Shown here: one piece after another, positions 13,440 to 24,026 of the stretch
How positions within the stretch are numbered: position 1 is the stretch's first letter
Layout: each line of letters opens with the position of its first letter
Source: Lophium mytilinum
Lineage: Eukaryota
Assembly (NCBI GenBank): GCA_010093605.1
Contig: MU004192.1
Span: 1,248,882 to 1,312,881 of the forward strand
Direction: 5' to 3'
DNA length: 64,000 nt
Notes under the pieces: model-generated
Told to the model about the DNA's origin: nothing
What the model saw: only the letters and a program-made list of their open reading frames with translations
Database searches by the model: none
Translations under genes and position numbers: made by a program

Positions 13440-15053
13440 ATGGACCCTAATGTCAAACAAAACGAGCGGAAACCACGTGAGTTACGCAACGATAGTGGTG
13501 AGCCCCGAGTGCGTCGGCCACGCAGGAAGCAACCCAAACCATACGATTCCGGGAAACCGGATCCCCTAAGTGAAGACGATGTCGAAGGAGACTCGGATGT
13601 CGAAGAGTTGTATCACGAGGCCAAGACCAACGAGCCTCCCTCTGAAAAGGGAGACGTTCAGTCGGACTCGGGCAGTGATGACACAACTCCTGAAGTAGAC
13701 GAGATTATCAAAGAGCGACAACCATACTCTGGATTTATGGAGAAAATGGACGAACTGGAAGTCAATATTACGAACCTGCGGACGGATAACACATCACTGA
13801 AATCCGGCGTAGAGTCACTTCAGACTAAATGCACAAATTACGAGAACACGATACAAGAGGAAAGGGCATTTCATGAACACGAGGCTAGGAGGCTGCGAGC
13901 TCACCGAGAAGACTACATGAAAAGCTTAGCAGTCATCCAAAGGAAGCTACTTTGGGACTACTATGCCACGAAGTACCCTGAAGATGGCATTCGTCTCAAA
14001 GAGTGCCACAGAAACGGCGAATGGCTCCCGAATGATGAAATTGTCGATGAGCTCTTACACGATTTCGTGACCCTGGGGACAAGAAACGCAGAATTGCTCT
14101 CAAGAAATGCTGAGCTACTGGCTGGCAATGAGAAACTACATAGCAACCTCGACACCCTCCAGAAAAGCGCACTTAATAATGTTGAACGATTCCAGCCGAC
14201 ACAAGACGACGAACTCGGGGAACACTTTGATGGCCTCGCTTCCGCTATCAAAGTCCTAACCCGCGAGATTCCAACTAGCATTGATCCTGACACTCTCGCC
14301 GAGTTGTTCGGGGAATGGACGCTGCTCCGGGGAGTCTCGAAATCTTTCTGGAGGACTAAGCTCCACATGAGATGCCTCCTAGAAGCCGCAATCTGGTCAC
14401 TGCTCATAGACACCGTCTTCTCCACCCCCTTCTATATAATCGGCGGAAACCACGCCAGCGTGTGCATGCAACAGTGGATGGAACTTTTCGCTCCAAGTAA
14501 GTCACACTATTTCCGCTCATTCTTGCCGTTCTAAACATTCACAGGAGAGACCTTAGAAGCAGCCAGTGAATCCGGCACATTCCACTGGCCAGCCCCATCT
14601 CCCCTTTGCGAAAAATGGCGATACGTTACCATCGAGCAACTTAAAAGCAAAGCTTTAGGCAGCGAGGGCATCTCCATCGACCCCATTATCCAGACTAGCC
14701 ACCAAGATGCCAAACTTGGCATTGAGAAGCTGCTCACCGACCACCTCTCCCGCATCGCTCCTGCGCTGAAATCCCTCAAAATCCAAAAGATTATCAAGAA
14801 AGCCTGGGAATTAGCCGTCGAAATGGGGGCGCAGCGCTGTCGGTTGCAACTCGTGAGTCCGGGTTTGGGAGAGGAATACGTATCTGGCGAATCGAGTAAC
14901 TTGATGGGGATTTCTGGGTGCGAGAATGTGATTAAGGGAAGGGTGGCATTCATTGTAAATCCTGGGCTGAGGAAATGGGGAGACGGGCATGGGGCGAATC
15001 TGCAGCACTATTTTGACCTCAAGCCTGCATTAGTGTATGTTGAGGAAATATAG
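13440..15053 (+). CDS. Coiled-coil protein with a C-terminal GrpE/MIEAP-like motif (function unknown)
   Basis: ORF 13440-14496, intron 14497-14544 (GTAAGT...CAG), and an in-frame exon to the TAG ending at 15053. Acidic disordered N-terminus, then heptads (LEVNITNLRTDNTSLKSGVESLQ; LLSRNAELLAGNEKL). C-terminus AWELAVEMGAQR...VAFIVNPGLRKWGDGHG...LKPALVYV. A possible earlier ATG at 13336 is in frame via intron ~13366-13418. Confidence 0.85.
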
Positions 15054-15469
15054 AGAAGCATGAGCGTTGTATACTACATGAAAATCTTGCTGATAGAGTA
15101 CGAAATTGGTATTACACTGTTTTTGATTGGCTAGTGCAGACGAAACTGGAGCTCAACCCGGAGTTCCCCACCCATCATGTCTCCACCACTCATCAACAAC
15201 GCATTTCCCATCATTCGTCGCGTCATGTACAACATACGATATACACGCGCTTGGCACGCTCTTCTCTTTAACACGATATGAGACTGCACCGGATGCTACG
15301 GCATTGTTATGAGATGACCGGCACAGGCCCAGATATCACCAGACACTGACCTGATACCTCGACCCTGGCTCGGGCGAGATCAACTTCAACCCCATCACGT
15401 AGTGCATGTATTTGTAAAGCTACACAGCCTTATAGCTTATCTTCCCCACTTGCTTGTGAAACTGTTCCC

Positions 15470-16514
15470 ATGCCTCTCGTCAAATTCACCCACCTAGTCT
15501 ACCTAGCTATCCTCGGAGCTACAGTCGCGCTACTCTACTCACGATCAGCTTCATACAGTTCAAAGCCGCTCGATATGGCACAGAAAGTGCAGCAACCATG
15601 GGCAGATGGGCCGCTGAAGATGGTCACGACGCCGATGTTTGAGACGAAGAAGGTGGGTGATGGTTAATTTCCTCAATACTCTTCTCATACTCATAAAACT
15701 GCTCTACCATACTTGAAAGAACACCGACTAACTATGAGACTTTCACTCTAGGATGACACATTTACGATCGGTGCCTCCCATATGGCCGTTCTTCACAACG
15801 CGATGCTTCGCGGCTACAACTCCATATACCTGCAAGCCCCGCATGTCAAGCCAGAGGACTATGCAGACTTCATCGGGTACTCCTTGACCTGGTTCAAGTT
15901 CGTCAAGGGCCATCATGATGACGAAGAAGCGAATTTGTTTCCCAAGGTTGTGGAAGTGCTTGGGAAGGAGGACGGGGAGATCTGGGGGAAGACACATGGG
16001 GAACATGGTACGTATCGTTGAACTTTACCATGCTAGGCAGTATACTAACAAAATAATAGAGGCAATGCTTCCTGGCCTCGCCAAATTCCACGAGTACCTT
16101 AGCACCCTCCCCTCCCCCGCCTCTTTCTCAGCGACCACCCTCCTCTCGATAATGAAGGAGTTCGAAGAGCCCTTTGATACCCACTTCCATTCAGAGATCG
16201 CCTCGATTGCTAGTCTCGGTAAATTCGGCGACTTCCCTGCCGCAAAGCCAGTCTTTGCGACCTGGGGCAAGAACAGTGTCAAGAGTGCCGGATACACCGA
16301 TGTTGTTCCGTTCTTGTTCCTGAACTTTGATCGGACAGTCGAGGACGGGCTATGGGCCACCTGGCCACCAATGCCTGCGCCGATAAGATACATGCTAGTG
16401 AGAGTAGGCGGTTGGTGGCATGGCGCATGGTGGAAGTTCGCTAGCTGTGACGAGAACGGAATTCCGAAGACGCTTTATGCGCTCGGTGAAAAGACGGAAG
16501 CAGTTGCAGGATAG
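15470..16514 (+). CDS. Hemerythrin/HHE cation-binding domain protein
   Basis: PWADGP, MAVLHNAMLRGYNSIY, HHDDEE..LFP, EH and HFHSEI motifs. Two introns. Alternative start at 15575. Confidence 0.85.
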
Positions 16515-16632
16515 GTTTGAGATCCGAGTGCCGGCGTTGTTGTCGAATCTTCGGCTTTCATTGCACTCTAATTACGGTTTCATTGGCTGGGTCCTATTTG
16601 TACGCTATTAAGATGTTCACTTGTTCTTACAT

Positions 16633-17824
16633 TCACTTCGTCTTATCGCTGTCCTGAATTCTGATAATGATCTTGCCCCTAGCTCTCATACTCCCTAAGA
16701 GCTTGTATGCCTACAAGACTAGTCAGTACTTTTCTCTGAACAGTTTATGCAGAAACCTTACCTCGATCACGTCCTCTAAGTCGAAAACTTTGTCTACCAC
16801 CGTTTTCACCTTGCCTTCAGCAGCAAATTTCGCGATAGCAGCAGCATGCTCATTAGTAGATGGTACACCGAGCCCTATGAACTTCCTCGGCGTACCCCCA
16901 AGCCAGCGGGGCAAGAACAGATTCCGCAACCCGTTCAAGACAAACCTCCAACCCCCCTCGTACGCCCCAACATTGATAAAAACGCCATCTTCCTTAAGAT
17001 ACCGCGGACTCTTCGAGTACAACGCCTGCACGCCCACAGTATCAAAGATCCGATCAAACGGCTGATCCCCATACCGCTCCGCCAAATACTCACCAACCGG
17101 ATGATGCGCCTGGTAATCAACGACCTACGCAAACCCATCAGCACGCTCACAAGCACACAACAAGCAACACAGAACTCACCTCATCCGCCCCCAATCCCTT
17201 CACCATTTCCACGTTCCGCCCCGAACAAACCCCCACCACCTCTTTCGCACCCATCGCTCTGGCCACCTGCACCGCCATCGTCCCCACGCCCCCACTCGCC
17301 CCATTCACAAGCACCCGCTCCCCCTCCTGCATCCCAGCCGCCCGACACATATTCAACGCGGTAATCCCGCACGCCGCGAGTCCAGCCCCTTCTTCGAAGC
17401 TCCAGCTCTCCGGCAACACGGCCACCCCCGCCTCGTCACTGCTGACTGCGATGTAGTCCGCCAGCACCCCTTTTCCCGCGGTCATGGCCTTGAGGTGCAG
17501 GCACCCGAACACGCGCGCGCCGATAGGGAATTGGGAGGGAGCGGAGCTGCCGACGGCGACGACGGTGCCGGCGAAGTCGATCTCTGGGATAGAGGGGGCG
17601 GCGCGGAGGAATTGGGGGATAAGGAGCATGAGGGAGGTGCTGCCGGGGTTGAGGGCGGCGTGGGAGATGCGGATGAGGAGGTCGGTGGGTTTGGGGGAGG
17701 GGGTTGGGAGGGTGGTGGTGAGTTTGAGGACAGTGGTGGGAGGCCCGCGGGCAGAGACGAGCCAGGCGCGCATTGTGGGGGCGATTGGGGGGGTGGTGGC
17801 TGTGGAGAGGGGAAGGGAGGACAT
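16633..17824 (-). CDS. MDR-superfamily NAD(P)H quinone reductase-like oxidoreductase
   Basis: HAALNP, EIDFAGTVV, VLVNGASGGVGTMAVQVA, DRIFDTVG and the terminal RARGKIII. Two introns. Confidence 0.9.
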
Positions 17825-19258
17825 GATCTTGTGTGTAGCTGGAGAAAAAACGGTTTGAGGGAGTGATTGCAGTTGAGATTTTTGAAGAGAGTCCTTGGAA
17901 ATGAAGGAGAAGCGGGAAGTGTATGTAGTAGATAGGGTGTTGATGTGCGTATATACATACAAGAATCAAAAGGTAGCCAATTGCACCATCCGCGCCCTTA
18001 ACTTATAGTCTATGTCTCCTGGTCACCCTCTACATTTGCTGGTGTTCTGTGTATCCTGACGTCTTAGGGGTCTCGAATATGAAGATTGTCGAGCGGGCGC
18101 TATCCAAATTCGCATAGCTCCCGCTATCAGGTGGATACCAACTCCGCGCACTACTTACGGTTTGGTGTTTCACGGACGAAAACCTCAGGAAACTGAGGTT
18201 TTAGGCGTGTATAGTAGCATAGACATCATGATCGCTAGGATGGTGTGGTTAAGCAAAGCGGACTTCCGCGGCCAAACGGACGAAAAATGAACCGAAGTCA
18301 GGAGGACGACTAGGGACCTGTGCGGGACGCTGTGACAAGGAATGAAGGAGAGGATGTGAAGGAAGGGGGACAGGGAATAAAAGAGAGGGCATCAAGGGAG
18401 GATTATCTGTCCCCTTTTGAATACATCGGAGAACTTGAGTCTTCGTGTTCTAGTTTTGGTGTGTGTGACTAGTTAGCTAATCAGCGTCCGTTAGAACCAG
18501 ATTTACGTATTTGATATTGAAGGGTTTGGACGAGAAATCTTTTATCATCTGACAGTATTCGGGAGTAGCCTGCTGTGCCATTACCTACCTGTTCGGGGGA
18601 TCTCGAGAAACTCAGGAAGCTGATGGACGGGGACAAGTCTTATTTCTGCTGCATGTGCCTGACGATGGCATCTCGGAACGACTACTCCTTCGCGCAAACG
18701 CGAAGACGCACACCTTATTCCTCCATATCGAGAGTGTAGTGTCTAGTAAAAACAGACTACGCGTTAGATAAAGCTGACTGGAGTAAGATGGCGTAAGTCA
18801 CGTGATATACACCATATCTCCATTCCTTCTTCATACCTAAGGTTCGGTCTAATTGTCTCAAGGAATGTATGATACGCTCTTTGTTGGCACTGCCGTGGGC
18901 GACATAGACCTTTTATACACAGATCTCTCTCGGATTGGAATAGATCTCACCAATCACACGACATGTTGTCCGAGTTGGGCAGAAACCTCCGCACGGCAAG
19001 ACTCCACGAACTTCCTCTCCTGAACATTCTTAACGTCAACCTTCACCCGGTTGAACGCTTGAAGCTTTCCAACCCCGAGCGTTCATATATGGCTCCGCAT
19101 GGCACTGATAACGCGCCCCATTGACCCAGACTCTCATAGCGGGGTAGAGGGAAAGGTGAAGAGTATAAGATTCATCTCGTAGACGCGTTCACAAGCTTCT
19201 CTTTCATTTCTCTCATCCTCAATTCTATCATCACCCTTCGACAGAGCATACTGTCACC

Positions 19259-20507
19259 ATGGACTCCCTTCACAACATGTCCCCCACAGCCCCTTACGGC
19301 AAGATTAACATTGCCGTTGCCGGTCTCGGTCGCATGGGCAAGCGACATGCTAAAACTCTCCTCTACCGCGTTCCACACGCCAACCTCGTTGCTGTATGCA
19401 GCAACGACGCAAAGGAACTCGAATGGGCACGCGAGTTCTTCAAGAGCGATGAAAAAAAGACCGAGATAAAGGTCTTCGACTCGTACGCCGAGATGATCGA
19501 GCTTCCAGGCCTACAAGCTGTGTGGGTGTCAACCAGCACAAACGTGCACGCACCCTTCACCCTGCAGGCAATCGCAAAGAACCTCCACGTGTTGTGCGAG
19601 AAGCCCATCTCGCAGAGGCTAGAAGAGGTACGTAACCTACTGTCTTTCCTGTCTTTCATGGTAAACTCACGCGACAAGTGTTCTACATACAGGCTAGAGC
19701 CGTCGTCGACGCTGCGAAGGCAAATTCGCACTTGAAGGTTATGGCTGGCTACTCAAGGCGCTTTGATGCTAGCTACAGAGATGCAAAGGATAAGGTAGAC
19801 AAGGGTGTCATTGGGAAACCCTTCCTAGTTCGCTCGCAGACTTGCGATCTATTGGACGAGACTGGATTCTTCGTTCGATACGCAGCGAAGAATGGTGGCG
19901 TATTCGTGGATTGTGAGAAACCTTCTTCCCCCAAAAAGCTCTGAATCTAACAGTGATAGGCTGTATCCACGACATCGATCTGTCCCTCTACTATCTTGGA
20001 GACGTGATTCCCAAGGCCGTCTGGGCTATCGGAACAATCACGCACCACCCAGAGCTCGAGGCCCTCAACGACGTCGACAACGGCATCGGCATGGTCGAGT
20101 ACTGGGATGGCAAGCTTGCCTACTTCTACTGCTCCCGAACCCAAGCCCACGGCCACGATGTTGCGACCGAGATCACCGGTACGTCTGGCAAGATCTCCGT
20201 CAACGTTCATCCCCGATCCAACAACGTGTTGGTGTCTGGGTCCCATGGCATCACCAATGAGGTACAGCCAGAGTACTGGGAGCGCTTCGAAGATGCGTTC
20301 GCAACGGAGGCCAACGAATACCTCGAATCGATCATCCAGGACAAGCCGGTCCCGCTACCGCTAGAGCTCGGGATCCGAAGCCTTGAGATTGGTTGGGCCC
20401 TGCAGGATGCTCTGCTGAGTGGACAGACGCAGCAATTTGACCGCCAGGGAAGGCGTGTGCCAGCACCACCTGCTGCTAATGCCACTAACATCAAGGGTAA
20501 GGCATAG
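19259..20507 (+). CDS. Gfo/Idh/MocA oxidoreductase (myo-inositol dehydrogenase-like)
   Basis: AVAGLGRMG, HVLCEKP, GYSRRFD and GGVFVD|CCIHDID. Introns at about 19628-19692 and 19913-19959. Confidence 0.92.
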
Positions 20508-20642
20508 GTAGTGTGAAAGAGAAGAAAGTATGATCGCGGTTATGAGTGACCTGATTTAGTGCACCATTTCATTTTACACATCGCTGTTGTATGTCTTGTC
20601 TCCAATCTATCCACAAGTTTGCCCCATATCTATCCCAGTCGA

Positions 20643-21123
20643 CTATGCTTGCTTCTCTTGTCCATCTTGACCTTCAACAAATGATGAACTGGCGTCCACA
20701 TCAAGCATCAAATCATCAAGCGTCCCTAAATAGATGTCCTCCTGAGAATTGCCTCTAACGTCGACGTTCTCGGCGACGACGACCGAAGCCACGTTGTTCC
20801 ACACTTGGTCTCGTACCGACTCCTGCTGCCATCGCTGCATCGGATCGGGTCCCTCGGGGCCCTTGGGGTAGTCTACGCTAGATCTCGTTTCTTGCCATGG
20901 TCGAGGCACAAGGCGGTAGGACGGCTCGTGGTTGGCTTGCGGAAACCGGTTTTGCTACGCTATCATCAGCAAGGGCGCTCATCTCAATGAGAAGACTTAC
21001 CGTAGGAACTGCCTTTTCACGCTCTGGTGTCCATGCTGCTTTGCTTCTAGGAAGTTTGCTGGCTGTAACTTCTGTGGTATTTCTTGGATCTTTGATTCCA
21101 GCATCCGTTTGTAAGAGTCCCAT
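20643..21123 (-). CDS. Small hypothetical protein
   Basis: gccATG at 21123. A GTAAGT...GCTGAT...CGTAG intron joins AVPT|QNRFPQ in frame to ORF 20643-20909 (DPMQRWQQESVRDQVWNN...). Confidence 0.55.
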
Positions 21124-22179
21124 GGCTTCTAGAGGCTGATTGGGAAGTTGCTGAACGTCGAAAGTTATCGGTTCCCTTAGGCAGATGTCGCGTACCCATC
21201 CTCACTCGAGAAACAGGCCCTTATATGGATTGTGGACACATTGGGGCCTCCACTCTCAACATATGGAGTTCCTTCCCCTTGGCGTTTGAGGCCAGAAAAG
21301 CTGTCCTATAGATTCGTTCAACATCTTTATGCTCTGGGGCTCTTCTTTGTATCCTATCGCTTATTTTGAAGCCCCCCAAGTCCCTCCTTAGCTCCATCCC
21401 GATCTGATATGAAGGAAAATTCGCCACAAAATGATTGGACGATACCAAAGGCCCCAGTGCTCTCAGGCTTGTGATTGGTTAATTGAGGACTCATTCACCG
21501 CGACCACCCGTGACGGAGCTGCCACTATATTCTAATCGGATGGTCAAAGAGCAGTATATGACTTAGCACTTGAGGCGTCCTTCATAGCGCATTCCGTACC
21601 CCCTCCACTCCGATATCTCTCACAAACGACTTGTCAATTGATCTATGTGCACATGTCATGCCTAAGGCAGACATCAATATCTACAGAATACGCATGAACC
21701 AGGATGCTCAGCCACAAGGCTCTTTGCCGGGGCAATGCGAGCGGCGATCGCCGGAGATCAATTAGGCACTTGATTGGTGGCCCCGAACACGTCAAGCCCC
21801 TCATACGAAGTATTAAGCCTCTACGCGCCGTCCTGCCTCGCTCTCACTCCTCCTCCCCACCTTCCCCTCACAAATTCCTAGGCGCTCTCATTACGCATCA
21901 AGATCAGCGACCAGACGGTCCTTTCGTTCCCTGGGTGCCATTATAGGCAACTCCAGGGACGGCTCTCTTACTGCTTTACCAAGTCCATTGCGGTTTTCCG
22001 ACTTCACCACCGAAAGAGGCCAGCGTATAGCAAGGCTGGACTCCTAAGGTTGCTGACTCTTAGAAGCAGATTAGTAGTCTGCACATAACAGGTACGCTCA
22101 GAAAAAACACTCAACTGCTCCCCATGTTTATAGCTGCAATTAGTACGGTGCGCATTCTTACTAACCTTAGTCACCCTAG

Positions 22180-23453
22180 ACAAGAACTCGCGGCAGGAGC
22201 GCAGAGCTAAGACTCTGCGCAACCGTCATCCCCGAGAACTACGATGATTATCGCATAACGTGTTCAGAGCTCGACCCAAGACCTCTAGAGCAATGTAATC
22301 CCGAACTTAATGATTGCGACACCTATGGAACTGTCCATGCTTCGAAACAGTATCAGACCTCGACGGAGGATACTTATCCAAAGTCGGCCGAAGTCTCGCA
22401 CGCGTATTCCTGCCCTTTGCAAGATTCTTTAGACATTGAACAACCCAGATTCTTCTATGAGGCGTTTGGGGAGGAGCTCAGCGCAAAATGGAGTTCGAGT
22501 TCAGGCATCATTCCTGATGCTCCAGAACCGTACCATCCTTCTCCGCAAGCCCCCCCTACGTCTCTTCGAGACCTAGAGAGTTCATTGAATGAGTTTTTGG
22601 AGCAAAGTGCACTCGAATCGCCACCTACTTCCGCCGAATGCGACGTTGATATTGTGAGTGACGCTGGAATTTGCGACCTTGATTGTCATTCTTCATTATC
22701 TATACCTTACGACACCCTCCTGGCTTCGAAGCCAGCATCATCAACTGAACTCGACGTATTTCCCATTTCTAAGAATGGATGGAATGAGCTTGCAGTATTC
22801 GATTATCAACCACCCTATCTCAACCTACGAGATACGCAATCGAAATCACCCTCATCCGATTCCAATTCGCTGCTTTCTATCCCACGAACCAGCTCTGTTT
22901 TGCCTTCGCTATCGCCTGTGCCTGATCCTCTGCAGAGTATGCAACTATGTCAAGCAACAAGTGCGCCCAAGAGGGAACTTCGTCGCTTATCACGTCTCAC
23001 TTGTCCACATTGTCAGCAAAGCTTCCTGGACAATAGTCGTTTAAGGTGCGTAGTATGCAATATGTCGTTGCGGAATTTATGCTAACATCTTACAGCCGAC
23101 ACTTGGACGAGAAGCATAGAGTATTTCAATGCGACATTGGTTCATGTGGAAGGGTCTTCCCTGACCAACGGACGTTGAACCGGCACCAGAAGACTACAGC
23201 TGCCCATAACAATCTACCCGGCTATCAATGTAGTTGCGGTAAAAGCAACCCCAGGAAGGACCACCACCGGCGACATCTCCGCACGTGCCAGCGTCCTCTT
23301 TCTTCCCGCCAGTACCAGTGCATATGCGGTTTCAATAGTTCCGGGAAAGACGGGAAAGACCACTATATGCAACACCTCCAACACTGTTCTTACGAACAAG
23401 CAAAGAAAGAGCCGAAAGCAAAGACAGAGCCGAAAGCGCCAAGGCGCCGTTGA
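22180..23453 (+). CDS. C2H2 zinc-finger transcription factor (paralog 2), four fingers; 5' exon(s) and start unresolved
   Basis: The frame is open from an acceptor near 22179. Intron 23046-23095 joins CPHCQQSFLDNSRLS|RHLDEKH. It is followed by CDIGSC...RHQKTTAAH, CSCGKSNPRKDHHRRHLRTC and CICG...HLQHC. Confidence 0.85.
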
Positions 23454-24026
23454 TGAACAATAGTGTTAGTAATGATTGAAGACGAAGAATGATTTTCTTG
23501 GTGCCTGTTTCTCGGAGTCGTCGCGATCTATAGCTCAGGTGCTCTTTGTTCTATGTCGAGGACGAGTTACTGATAGTTTGGATAATCTTTTCCTTTCCTT
23601 TTCCCCGTTCTCATTCAGTATGGCCGATTAGAGCGTTTCCTCCTTTTGTAGATTGTGCTTCTTTCAAGGTTCTGGAATTTTTCTTCCCGATAGTTGGTCA
23701 TGATATTCTCGTCATACTAGACTCGCCAACGACCACGTGTTTCCCTCTATGAGGTGCGGCGTTCCCCTCTATGAGGTGTGAGCGACCTCTTCGGAGTGGT
23801 TAATCCTCAGAGGGGCCGTGGCTCGAACAGTTTGACTTTGAAAGTTACTATCGGGCATACCTGCGGTGTTTTTCAGTAGCCTTACAACTTCTTTTATCCT
23901 AGCACACTTGCGAATACGTCATACGTCATGCGTTACCACATTCAGTACCCTAGTTTATCTATGCCGTGACGCATTTTGGCAGATAACGTAACTTAAAGCG
24001 ATATATTCATGACTCTATCTACAGGT

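Noticed and set aside
23741..23778. Short tandem duplication (ttccctctatgaggtg x2)
   Set aside because: An isolated ~22-bp intergenic slippage duplication with no associated element.
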